A DNA stretch of 64,000 bases from Rhina ancylostomus (taxonomy: Eukaryota), in NCBI GenBank assembly GCA_030265395.1, contig JARFYF010000074.1, forward strand, positions 36,448,588 through 36,512,587. The letters run 5' to 3'. A model generated the notes under the pieces. It worked only from the letters and a program-made list of their open reading frames with translations, was not told the origin of the DNA and ran no database searches. Position 1 is the stretch's first letter. Each line of letters begins with the position of its first letter. This document shows positions 11,345 through 63,660 of this stretch, piece by piece. The position numbers and the translations under genes were made by a program.

Positions 11345-12570
11345 CCACACTCCTTTTAAACACACCAGGGCCCCATTTCCAACACCTCCTTTAAACACAC
11401 GTCCCCATTCCCACATTCCCCTTATATACACCAGGGTTCCATTCCCGTATTTCCTTTAAACACACTGGAGCCCCATTAAATGCTCCCTTTAAACACATTG
11501 GAGGCCTTATTCACACACTGACTTTAAACACAATGAGGCCCCATCTTCCACTCTCCCTTTCAACATACAGGCTCCTCATTCCCACATTCCCTTTGAACAC
11601 ACAAGAGAGACAGCAGATGCTGGAAATCCAGAGCAACACCTCCCTCACCACCATTCAGAGCCCTAAACAGTCCTTCCAGGTGAGGCAGTCCTTCATGTGT
11701 GAATTTATTGGTGTTATTTATTGCATCCAGTGCTCCAGGTATGGCCTCCTCTACATCAGTAAGGCCCGACGCATACTGGGGAATCGCTTTGTCGAGCACC
11801 TTCGCTCCGTCCACTGTAACAGCCAGGATCTCCCGGTGGCCAGTCATTTTAACTCCACTTTCCATGGACATGCCTGTCCATGGCCCCCTCTACTGCCACA
11901 TTGAGGCCAGATGCAGATTAGAGGAACAGCACCTCATATTCCACCTTGCTAGTCTCCAGTCTGATGACATGAACAGCGATTTCTCCAACTCCTGGTAACC
12001 ACTGTCCTCTGTCACCCCTTTGTTTCCCTAATCCCACCGGCTCCTCTATCCCATCTCTTNNNNNNNNNNNNNNNNNNNNNNNNNNNNNNNNNNNNNNNNN
12101 NNNNNNNNNNNNNNNNNGCCCCACCGTTAGTCCATAGTCCACTGTCCTCTCCTCTCAGATTCCATCTCCTTCAGCCCTTTGTCATTTCCACCTATCACCT
12201 CCGAGCTTCTTACATCATTCTCACTCGCCCCTTCCCCACCTGCCTATCTTTCCCCCTCACCTGGATTCTCTTATCACCCGCCAGATTGTGCTCCATCCCT
12301 TCCCCCCCTCCCCCGCACCCTTTTATACTGGCTTCTCCCTTCTTTCTTTCCAGTCCTGAAAAAAGGTCTCGACCCAAAACATTGACTGTCCATTTCCCTT
12401 ATAGATGCTGCCTGACCTGCTGAGTTCTTCCAGCATCTTGTGTGTTGTTCCCTTTGAACATGCTAAAACCTGGTTCCTATTTTATTTAATCTCACCAGGG
12501 TCCTAATTACCACACTTCCCTTAAAACCCACTGGGACCCCATTCCCACACTCTCTTTAAACTCTCTGGGT
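11345..12570. repeat. Diverged ~30-32 bp minisatellite (CCCATTCCCACAYTCCCTTTAAACACACNGGG-like), split by an insertion at 11600-12447
   Basis: About 8 units at 11345-11600 and 3-4 more at 12450-12570. Confidence 0.8.
11600..12447 (+). mobile_element. 5'-truncated Penelope-like retroelement (GIY-YIG endonuclease remnant, pLTR tail, inverted 5' pLTR piece)
   Basis: KQSFQVRQSFMCEFIGVIYCIQCSRYGLLYISKARRILGNRFVEHLRSV (GIY-YIG like), LEEQHLIFHL; 13-bp direct repeats TTCCCTTTGAACA at 11587-11599 and 12448-12460. Confidence 0.85.
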
Positions 12571-15529
12571 TTTGCTTCCTCCTGGTTAAGCTCTAGTTCA
12601 CTGGAAAATTTATTATACTACCATGTGACATCTAAAAAGGGTGAATTAAATATGTGTTGCTGTATTAACAGGCGTAAAATCCAGTAGTCCAGGAAATATG
12701 GCAGTCCAGCTCCATCAAAGACACGGAAATGCTGGATTATCAGAGTTTTACTAATTATTCTTCATTACCTTTCCAGCGACCTGATGTGTACATTTGCCAT
12801 GTGAGACCTTGTTAAGTGCTTTGCTGCAATTCATATGTACCACACTAAGTTAGCTTCCCTTATTGATATTCCTTATCACTTCTTCAAAAAAGTAATTTTA
12901 GTTAGTCATGTACAAACTCTTCTTGCTTTTTTTTGATTAACCTATGCTTTTCTTAATACTTATTTATGCTGTCACTCAAAATTCTCTGTAATAATTTCCC
13001 TGCTATTGTCAGAATGAATGGTTTTAGAACCTTGATCCATCTCCTTTTCTCATTTAAAAGGACAGCACCACACCACCAAACATTCAGTCCTTCAGTACAC
13101 ACCTGGAGCCAAAAGGATTGGAAGAAGATAGTCAAGATTTGTGCTGTTTCCTCCCATGAATCTTTTTAAGAGTCAGATATGGACTCAGTGAGCTTCGAAA
13201 TGTATCCACTTTCAACCATGTGAGACCCCTTGGTATATCATTTCTCCATGATTATTATGTTCACTATTTCACATCCTTTCACCTGTTGTAAGTTCCAATA
13301 TCATGCCATTTTCCATGAAGACAGATGCAAGGTATTCATTCACAACTTTATACAGCTCTGAACTTTACAACCAGGGTCCATTTTGGTTTCTGAAAAGACC
13401 TTCTAGACTTTATTATGCTCTTTCTTTTAGCTTTTAATTTTAAGTTGATGTTTCTACATACACCCTTTGTGCCTTTCTAATTTCCTTTTAAATTTTACTC
13501 TTGCTTTGTCTATTCTCCTCAAGTCTTTTTGCAGGTTTGAGTTACCATCTGTCACAGACTTTTCTTTTTCTGCTTTATCCTGCCATTTGTTCCTCAGCAT
13601 TCATGGAGTCAGGATCTGGATTTGAGAGTTCAGAGCAGTAGATGCGTTGCTACAAGTTCTTCTTTTCCTCATAATGTTTGAACCTTCACTACCTCCTCCT
13701 TGAATGTTTCCCATTGCTCTGATGCAGAGTTGCCTTTGTCAGTGTTTCCAGTCCACTTTTGCTGAATCATATGTCAGTTTAATAAAACTGGCCTTACCCC
13801 TATTTAGGATTTTATTCTGGGTTCATCCTTCTTCATTTTCACCATTCTGTCATGTCTAATGTTACTTCCTAAATCCTACACTCAGGGCATTCAGATTGTT
13901 CTCTCAGTCCCTGTATTATAACTTCTCTTAATCATCTTCTTTTGTCTTCCCAGCAAAATAAATGAGGACATTTGATCCAATATAATCTTATAAACCTGTC
14001 AAACAGAGATCCCTGTTGTTAAAGTATGAGTTACTTCAACTGTAATGACTGCTGAATTGCCAACATACAAAATAATTCCCTATCTGGTGTATTCCTCTAT
14101 GCATTGTAAATGATATTGGGATTAAAATGCCAAACTAATCTCTTGTGAGAACCAGAAGCTTGTTTCCTTATTCTAGGTAAGGTCACAATATTTAACATTT
14201 GTCTTTGAGGTTGTTTTGTTCACTGCTACACAATCTCACCCCAATCTATAACAATACTTTGTTTTGTTTGATGGGATTATGTGGCTCGGTGCACGTTAAC
14301 CTGTTTAAATGGGTCTCTGTTCACAATGACTTAGTCATGAAGTATCTGATCTTGACACCTGACACCTTTATTCTTTAAATCGTGTTATAGGTCAGGTTTT
14401 TCATTCTTGATAGTTATCAATTCTCGCCAAACTGTGATCCTTTTTAAGTTGTTAACTAATTACCTTCTGTTGTTTTCTCAATATCTGCTTATCTAGCACG
14501 AATCGATGACTCAGAAACTGGAAGTTGAAACTTCATCATGTTGCAAGAATTAGGGTCAAATTAAAGTTCACATACTTTGCCTGTACATACTTCGTAGGAA
14601 ATGTTAAAGCATGTTTCCTCTGCATAAATAAGACAATTTGTAACATTACAAGGTGGGTCAAAGTACTCTCTGTGGTTCAGTCTTTGGTGCTACAAATATT
14701 AAATTACTTCCAGTTGTAAGAACGTGAATTACAAGGATATAGCTTTAGCACTACCTCTACTACTTGTCAAATAAGAGAGATCACAATTCATGCATGCACC
14801 AGAACTGTGTGCCGCTTAAGCAGTTGATGACACCTATCCTTATACAATTCCATCCCTGCCAAATTTTGCTATGATCATCTGTGTTGATAGTATTTTGTGT
14901 TAATTACATATAGCATATAGGACTCTAAATGGTGTTAGAACCTCTCAACCTGAACTGTTTAAAGGGATCCTCAATGATTTGCAGGTTTATCAGTGACTGA
15001 GTATGAAGTTGGTTGGTTCAATAGAACTATAATAAGTAAATGATTGGCAGAGATAATGACCTCAAAATTTATCTGTGCAATGCCAGAAAAGAAGTGTATT
15101 TCCCAGCCAAAAATCACATATGCATTAGTAACCAATTCTGCGTGTTTCTGAGTGAACTAATGCCTCTTCTTAATAAGGTATGGACTTTGGGTTGAGAAAA
15201 TTTCACGTACCCCAGCACTGTTCTTCAGGTTTTTCAAAAAAATTATGTCAATAGTTATGTAATGCTTAAATTTGTCTTCAGCAAACTTTTCAACCACATT
15301 ATTCACAGCTGGTGGTGTTAATTCACGGGCAAACCGACTTTTACTTCAGCTAAAGGTTTATCTCTCCTGTAATCATATTCATACCACACATCTCTCTGCA
15401 AAGTAGACTGATCCCAAACAGGGATCCCAGTCATCACACCTCCAGGCGTTTCCAATAGGTACCCCTGAAAGTTAAACGGCCAGAAAACGAAACAGAAGAA
15501 ATCCTGCAGAAGGGGAATTGGTTCCAGGT

Positions 15530-17180
15530 TCATCAGATTAGAAATGATTAAAAGTCAGGAGAGAGATATCTGAGAAAAGGAACAGTGGGACACATTCAAG
15601 GAGGAGATAGTGAAGGTGCAGACACTGTTGTTGCTATTAAACACAGGAGAACTCATAGATCTAAACCGCATCCCCCCCCGCCCCACCCCCACACCCTGAA
15701 TTTTGAGGAACAAATAGATCAGGATAAAGCTACTGTGGAGTGTTCAAAGGAATGAGTGCACACTGCAATGATGTGGAGAGGAGGGGGTTAGCAGAGTCTT
15801 TCCAGATGGCTAAAGAAACCTGCACTGATTTTGTAACGACAGAAGAAGTAACAAAATGTTACCTCTTCTGTTGTTACAAAATGCCTTGATGAAGGCAATG
15901 AGGTTGATGTAGTCTACATTGGACTTCACTAAGGCCTCTGCCAAAGCCTCATGTGGCCGACTAGTCGGAAAGGTTACAGCCCACGGGATCCAAGGCAAGT
16001 TGGCAAATTGGAACCAACGTTGGCCTCATAACAGGAGGCAGAGGGTGATGGTGGAGAACGTTATTTTGTTATTAGCAGAATCTGACCAGTGGTCACAGGC
16101 TGGGACCCTTATTGTTTGTTATATACATTAACAATCTAGATAAGTACGGTATGTAGGAGGTATGATTAGTAAGTTTGCAGGTAACTCAAAAATTGGTGTT
16201 GTTGTTGATAGTAAGGAGGCTAGTTGTAGGCTCCAGGATGATATTGATCAGTTGTTAAGATGGGCAGGAGCAATGGCAGATGCAATTTAATCCTGCTGAG
16301 AGGTGATAGACTTTTGGGGGTGGTGGGGAACTAATAAGTTAGGACATAAGCAATGACAGGTAGTGACTTACGTGTATTGAGGGACAGGGGGACCTCAGTG
16401 TAGAAGACCTGGAGGCCTGGAGGTGACAGCACTGGTAGATTAGGTGTTGAAAAATGCATACAGAATATTTGCTCTCATAAACTGGGGCTTAGAACATAAG
16501 AGCAGGGAGGATATGGTACAACTTTATAAAACAATGACAAAGCCACAGTTGGAGTACTTTTCTAGTTATGTCGAATTCTGGTTGTCACAATATTAGGAAG
16601 GAAGTGATGGCACTGGGGAGGTGCAGAGGAGATTGACCAAGACATTGCCTGGAGTGGAGTGTTTCAGTCATAAGTAGAGATTGGATAGGCTGGCTTTGCT
16701 TTCCTTGCAGTGGAGGAAGCAGAGGATGGACCTCGTAGAGGTATGAAAATTATGAAGGACACAAAAAGAGTAGATAAAAGGACATCTTCCCTATTGCAAA
16801 GGTATCTAAAACTAGAGGACTTAGAGGTTTAGTTATAAAAGGTAAGAGGTTTAGAGGGATCTGAGGTAGAGGGTGGATGAACTCTGGAATGCACAACCTG
16901 AATGGGCAGTGGAGGCAGGTCTTCTCACATTAAGAATTATCCAGATGTGCACTCAAATTACAAGTCACAGAAGGCTNNNNNNNNNNNNNNNNNNNNNNNN
17001 NNNNNNNNNNNNNNNNNNNNNNNNNNNNNNNNNNNNNNNNNNNNNNNNNNNNNNNNNNNNNNNNNNNNNNNNNNNNCAAATTACAAGTCACAGAAGGCTA
17101 TTGACCAAATGGAATTAGTGTAGATGATTAATTGATGATCAGTATTAACATGGTGCATTGATTCTGTGCTGTTTCAGTCA
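15530..17180 (+). mobile_element. Degenerate CR1 LINE ORF2 (RT to 3' end)
   Basis: RT-like DFTKASAKASCGRLVGKVTAHGIQGKLANWNQRWPHNRRQRVMVE, with frameshifts and CR1-type 3' region. Confidence 0.85.
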
Positions 17181-17559
17181 ATGAACTTATAAAAGGCTGG
17201 CAAAGGCAGCTTCAATATACAAAAGGTACTAATGGCAAGAAGTAGTCAGGGAGGTGTCTTTAAGGGCATGTATCCTCTATGAATGCATTTACAATGCAAC
17301 CAAATGCCTTTTACAGATGTGAACACAAAAGTCACCCCATCAAGAATGGGATCCTCTCTTTGCTGGGAGAGCTATTCTTGACTTTGCAGTGCAGCATTCA
17401 GCAGCCATTGTGGCACCTCTAAGCAGAGAAAGCCTTCAAGGATCCTGCGACATGGTTTCTGAGTGTGTGAGCGGCGCTTTGACTCTGATTTTGAGACAAA
17501 TGCCAGGTACTTGTGATTGTTTGCCACATGTAGTTTTCAAAGGTCATACATAAACCTCA

Positions 17560-17960
17560 AATACATAACAAATGTAAGTGCCCGCAAATTGGGTGACTGC
17601 TTTGCAGAGCGCCTCCTTTTAGCCCAAAAGGGTGATCCTCTCAGTTATCTGTCACTTTAATTTTCCCTACCACTCTCACTCTAAACTCTCTGCTTTTGGG
17701 CTCCTACATTGTTCCAACAAAGCTCAGTGCAAGTTGGAGGAACAACACCTCTTCTGTCAAGGCATCTTGCAGTGTTTGGGTCTTGATATTGAATTACAGA
17801 GTTTCAGTTGTATTTGTGTCAGAACTGGCCAGTTCTGATATAAGATCTGTTCTGATATAAGATCATCCTTCATTAACAAAACTTTTTTCCTCCCCTCAGA
17901 TGCTACCTGATCCATTGGGTATTTTTAGAATTCTCTGTTACAGATTTCTGGTAAGTGTTT
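17560..17960 (+). mobile_element. Penelope-like GIY-YIG remnant with tail
   Basis: VICHFNFPYHSHSKLSAFGLLHCSNKAQCKLEEQHL resembles the 11640-11998 element. Confidence 0.7.
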
Positions 17961-18629
17961 CCTTTCTTTATTTTTCTCTTTCAAACTCTCAGTGCCAAAT
18001 GTATTTATGTTTCCAGGATTTTACCTTGGTTCACACCATATTGCAGGCATCCCCTTTCCACCCCTCCTTCTCTCTGCATCTTAAAGCACACGCTAACATT
18101 TCAAGTTGATGATCTTTTCTTGAATTCTGGTGAAAAGGCATTTGCCAGAAACATCGACCATTTCTTTCTCTCCACTGACAGTGACTGATCATTTGAGAGT
18201 TTCCAGCAGTTTCTTTTTTTGTGCCTGTACTTTTGAATTAACAATTGTACATTAGGATGTGTCAGAACATGGCTATAAATAATTTTGCTTCCATTTAAAT
18301 AAATGCAGATAATTTCAGTGGGCTATTTTACAGGAGTATGGTCTGACATGTCTAACTTTACTATAATCACTGCACACAGACGATACAGGCACATGGAAGT
18401 GTCTCCTATATCTCTAATAGCACAGCAAAGTCAATTGCAAATAGAACAATTGTTTAAGGTCAGCAGAGCAAGTGTATATGTGTAAATAGGGTCCAAGAAT
18501 TCAAGAGTCACTGTAATCAGGAGGCAACTAGGGATCCAAGTGCAATTTCTGATCTCAGTGCACTGTTGTATTTCTTGAAGGGCATGGGTTAAAACAGATT
18601 CATTTCGTATCTCTATCTTATACAAGTGA

Positions 18630-18918
18630 TTTAAGTTATCTTTATTGGTCACATGTACATCGAAACACACAGTGAAATGCATCTTTTGCAGAGAGCGTTC
18701 TGGGTGCAGCCCACAAGTGTCACCATGCTTCCAGCGCCAACATTGCATGCCCACAATTTCCTAACCCGTACGTCTTTGGAATGTGGGAAGAAACCGGAGC
18801 ACCTGGAGGAAACCCACACAGACATGGGGAGAACGCACAAACTCCTTACAAACAGCAGCAAGAACTGAACCTGGGTTGCTGGTGCTGTAATAGCGCTATG
18901 CTAACTGTTACACTACCA
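18630..18918 (-). mobile_element. tRNA-derived V-SINE with Rex1/Babar-type tail
   Basis: V-domain GTTCTCCCCATGTCTGTGTGGGTTTCCTCCAGGTGCTCCGGTTTCTTCCCACATTCCAAAGAC; tail ..TGTACATGTGACCAATAAAG. Confidence 0.8.
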
Positions 18919-19608
18919 TGCTTGCACAGTACAACACACTCATACAGCACAGAAACAATCCCTTCTGCCCACTATATCCATGCTGGCCATCAAGTACACA
19001 TCTGTACTAATCCCATTTTCCAACACTCAGTCTGTAGTCTTCTGTACCATGGCATTTCAAATGCTCATCTAAGTATGAGGCACAAGAGATGGCAGGTGCT
19101 GGAATATAGAGCAACAAACATCTGCTGTCTCTTGTGTCTCCATTTTACTACTCCACTGCAAAGTCTCTTCAAGGTATGCTGACCTGGAAGAAGTTTTCCT
19201 CCAGTTTTGCTGTAGGATTTTGACCCAATTCCTTCAACAGCAGCCCACCACCCCAACCACCCCCCCCCCCACCCACCCCTCACGANNNNNNNNNNNNNNN
19301 NNNNNNNNNNNNNNNNNNNNNNNNNNNNNNNNNNNNNNNNNNNNNNNNNNNNNNNNNNNNNNNNNNNNNNNNNNNNNNNNNNNNNNNNNNNNNNNNNNNN
19401 NNNNNNNNNNNNNNNNNNNNNNNNNNNNNNNNNNNNNNNNNNNNNNNNNNNNNNNNNNNNNNNNNNNNNNNNNNNNNNNNNNNNNNNNNNNNNNNNNNNN
19501 NNNNNNNNNNNNNNNNNNNNNNNNNNNNNNNNNNNNNNNNNNNNNNNNNNNNNNNNNNNNNNNNNNNNNNNNNNNNNNNNNNNNNNNNNNNNNNNNNNNN
19601 NNNNNNNN

Positions 19609-19640
19609 TATTTCAGGTCAATGACCTTTCATCAGAACTC
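19609..19640 (-). ncRNA. Minimal hammerhead ribozyme core (Penelope-like element derived); 3' part lost in N gap
   Basis: Minus strand GAGTT-CTGATGA-A-AGGTC-ATT-GACCT-GAAA: intact CUGAUGA and GAAA boxes around a perfect 5-bp stem II. Confidence 0.55.
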
Positions 19641-21396
19641 ATGAAAAGATTATCAACCTAAAATGTCAATGGGTGTGCCTTAATTGCAGAAGGGGGGGGG
19701 GGGGAGGAAAGAACTGTCTGCGATAGTTGGAGATTATGTTTGTCTCAGCAGCATAAATTGTTTTGGTGCTGGCAGATAGACAGAGAAAAGAAACAAAAGA
19801 AGACGTTGGCTGGAAATCTGAAACAAAGGAGAATAATGGAAGTAGCCAGCAGCTTCTGTTGTGGGCTGTTGATGGGACAGGCCTATTATTCAAGCAGGAA
19901 TTGCTGGAATGCTGGGTCCGTGTAACAAATTGTGATGGCTTGTATACCTCAATGGGACTGAATGAAAGTTGAAGAAACTCTGGTCACAGGTAACTAAAGC
20001 CGAAGAAAAAGTTGCAGAGATTTTTACGTACACAAAGCCGGAGTCTCATTTGAGTGCCTGAGTGATTATGAGACTACAAGGATAATTTTGTCTTTGACCA
20101 GAGTATCTGAGAACCAGGTATGGAATCCCCAATGGTCATTCCTTTGTTTTCTTAAATAATTTAGGAAGAGCAGGAGAAACATCATCAGAGAGGAATGGAA
20201 GAGAGTAAGGCAGCATACGTGAAGAACGTGCTCTTCCTGATATTAATCCTTAACCAAAGGAATTAGTGGTTCATGTAGAATCCCTGAAGTGCACAATGAG
20301 GAGCTCTGCTTAAGTAGAGTCCAGGTCATCCAAGTATCGTTACAAGAGTTATGCCAGCTAATACAAAAAACTCCAATGGCAGCACATGAAGAGTATTATA
20401 GAGTCTTCATGGATATCATCATTTACAACCTACATACTGAAACATTTACCTGGAAACTTTGCTGTGACTCTAAGGATGACAATCCCTCCCAGTCTTCATA
20501 CCAATGTGAAATTTGAAGCAGCTATGTAGTAGTAGCTAGCATGCCATCAGACATGTTATGTTGACAGACTTTTCTGCCGTGGGCCATATGGTTTTACGTT
20601 TTTAAATTTAACATTGGCACAAGGATTTGGGCAGGGATTGTCATTCTTATGGTCACAGCAAAGCTTCCACGCAAATGCTTCAGTATGATATCCATGAAGG
20701 CTCTTAAAGATGGAGCTGGAAACCAGCTAAGACTTATAATGGATGGCGAATCGCCAATGATCAGTTTGACACACAATCTTTACATGAAAATTCCACCCCC
20801 TTATCCTATTACATACAACTCAATTGTCTCTTTGTGACTTTGCATGTCTTAAATAACTGATTGAATAAATCAGCATGAAATACAAGTACACCTTTCTCGA
20901 ATAGCTATAGCCTCTCTTACTGGCGAACCACATAGAAATGGACATTCTCTTTAATACAAGGTGCTCAAGTTTAATTGTAAACTAATCCAATCTTACATTG
21001 TGCTTCCCCTAACTTTGCCGAAACAAAAACACACCATCAAATTATAGCACCTTGGTAATTATTGTTCTTAGTATTTTCCTATTTACTTGTCTGCTGCTCC
21101 CCTAACATTCTCCTGAACTTTCATTTCCCAAGCAACGCTGCACATTATTCTCAGTTTTGTAAGGTTAATGCAATTGAATTACCACTGAATAATTTTAAAA
21201 AAACTGACTGCACATGATGCATGGAGGTCAGTGTAAATCTTGGTTTGGGTGTAACACCTGAGTGCAGGTACCCTTTACATTATTTATTATAATTAAAGTC
21301 TGCAAGCTGCCTGATAGCACAGCAAAAAGTTAGTCAACGCTCAGCTCCTAACGTTTGCAGGAGGATAATGATCTTGAAAATCATTGTAAAATAATA

Positions 21397-21446
21397 AACA
21401 CCAACAAATGCCCATAAATTGCATGTTATTAAGTCTAAAATTTATT
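21397..21446 (-). terminator. Probable PDE6 polyadenylation signal
   Basis: AATAAA on minus strand at 21446-21441 followed by a GU-rich element (GGCATTTGTTGGTGTTT); implies a ~1.65 kb 3'UTR. Confidence 0.5.
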
Positions 21447-22394
21447 TAATATTACACAAGGAAACAAAGTTAAGCACCAAATCTGAATGTAAGTTAATCA
21501 TATCAATTCTGTCAATTCATATACAAAGCTATAAATTACAATGAGTAGAACATTATTCAATGTTTTCTGATCTCTGATAAGTTAAATTATTTAAACATTT
21601 GTAATTACTTTAAATAGAGTTTAAAAAACCCCCATTGGGTCAATTAAGCTTACTAAATTTTGAGATGTTACCTTCGGCTTGCTGATAATTAGAAAGTGTA
21701 TGACAACAAAGCATTTCTGTGCAGCTGTCTTCAACTTCATTTGCTAGCTAAACTTTACAAAAGTAACATACAAATTAAAAGCATTTCTATAACTGTGGAC
21801 TTATAAGCTTATAATTGAATGTATTGTAAACATAAAGGAATAAACTGTGGAGCCAATTTTTCCTCTGTTTTGTGCTTTGGGAACAATTCCTGGGCACAGC
21901 ATGGAGGTAAAGAGAAACCATTAAATTCTGGGTCATCACCCTATTTACATTTTTATTAATGCTGTTATTAGAGGTTATTTNNNNNNNNNNNNNNNNNNNN
22001 NNNNNNNNNNNNNNNNNNNNNNNNNNNNNNNNNNNNNNNNNNNNNNNNNNNNNNNNNNNNNNNNNNNNNNNNNNNNNNNNTCACCCTATTTACATTGTTC
22101 TTCATGCTGTTATGAGAGGTTATGTTTACAGGAGTAACAGTATGCTGATGAAGTAGGTCAGGATGTAGGGTTTTCTCTCACCCCGTTTTCCTCTCCAACA
22201 AAATTCAGACCAAGCCTATTAAAGCCTGGGCCGAAGAAACAAATAAAATACGAATGTTAGGTCGGGATTTGCAATAGTCCCTGTATTGTAATAGGCCCCT
22301 TTGCCTTCATATTCCACTCACCTTGTGCACAGACTACGCTTGTACTCTCTTGATTACTGGAGATTAAGGCCTGATCTAATTGAGACGTTTAAGA

Positions 22395-22645
22395 ATGGAC
22401 CTCTTGTACAATAAAGATAAACTCTTGATTTCTCAATCTACCTCATCGTGGCCTTTGCACCTTATCTGTCTAGCTGCACTGAACTTTCTTTGTAACAGTA
22501 ACATTATATCCTGCATTTTGTTATTGCTTTTCCTTTTGTACTACTTCAATGTACTTATATTTGGATTGATCTGTCTGGATGGCATGCAAAACAAAGCTTT
22601 TCATGGAATCTTGGTACATGTGACAATGTTAAACCAATTACCAAT
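22395..22645 (+). mobile_element. Rex1/Babar-type LINE 3' tail within the predicted PDE6 3'UTR (antisense)
   Basis: Same family as 54370-54645; ends GGTACATGTGACAATGTTAAACCAATTACCAAT. Confidence 0.65.
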
Positions 22646-23092
22646 ATAGGAGTTGGAGAGATAGACAGAAGTAAGCCTCTAATGTGAAATTCCAGAACAA
22701 AGGTCATAAACATAAAATTACTGCCAAAATCTATCACTTCAGTGTGAATCTCTCATTTTCACAAACTGATACATAATCATCTTCTAATTCAGGAAACGGT
22801 ACAATGCTATTTACAGTCTCTCTCTTACACAGATATTTTAATTTTGTCTTATACTTTGTACAATTATTCATTAACAAATTCTTTGTAGCAAATATTAAAC
22901 TGATTTTTTAAAAATATGTAACATGAGGCTCATTTAACTAATTACTTATTAACTGTATCTGGCATGCTTGCTGCACTTTAACTCACATGTTTAGGAATAC
23001 AATTCATTTTGAAACAGTTGACTGTTTCTCCAAATGTCGAAGTGCCCATGAAGACTTCAAAATGCTTGTTTTTAATTTCTTCCTGCCGTACT

Positions 23093-63417
<40,325 letters not shown>

Positions 63418-63469
63418 TTTCAAATATGCGTGTCTTCACCTGTTCCACACACGGAAACGGAATAAACTT

Positions 63470-63660
63470 TTGAAAGTAATCTAATACTGTATGATCATTC
63501 CTTCCATTCCAGAGTTTATGGAGCAGTGAGGTTTTGTGAAAACACTAGGCTTAATAACTCCCTGCTCAGGACTAAGGCTAGGTGTGCCACTTTCAATTGC
63601 ATTTGCTCAGTGATGCTGAAGGTGAAAGTAGGATTATGATGACAGTGATTAAGCCAAGAA
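63470..63660 (-). promoter_or_regulatory. Photoreceptor-type proximal promoter of PDE6 (CRX/OTX K50 homeodomain sites and Maf/NRL half-site)
   Basis: On + strand: TAATCT 63477-63482, GGCTTA 63548-63553, TGCTGA 63614-63619, GGATTA 63631-63636, overlapping TGATTA/TAAGCC 63646-63655, all within ~240 bp upstream of the ATG. Confidence 0.55.

Larger units (their letters stand above)
11266..12753. mobile_element. Tigger/pogo-like non-autonomous DNA transposon (MITE) with internal minisatellite
   Basis: Left end TA+CAGTAAAATTCTGATAATCTG; right end CTGGATTATCAGAGTTTTACT is its near reverse complement. Confidence 0.6.

Noticed and set aside
11345-11600. Regularly spaced ~31-bp repeats resembling a CRISPR array
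   Set aside because: Units are contiguous and degenerate with no unique spacers, there are no cas genes, and the context is eukaryotic; this is a minisatellite.
16953-17099. CAAATTACAAGTCACAGAAGGCT repeated on both sides of a 100-N gap
   Set aside because: Typical overlap of contig ends across a scaffold gap; assembly artefact.
21936-22126. Diverged repeat TCACCCTATTTACATT...AGAGGTTAT on both sides of a 100-N gap
   Set aside because: Probably overlapping low-quality contig ends; cannot be told apart from an artefact.
63418-63423. ORF-track start at 63423 (MKMSM...)
   Set aside because: That codon is TTG; the eukaryotic start is the ATG at 63417, which gives the expected N-terminus and exon size.
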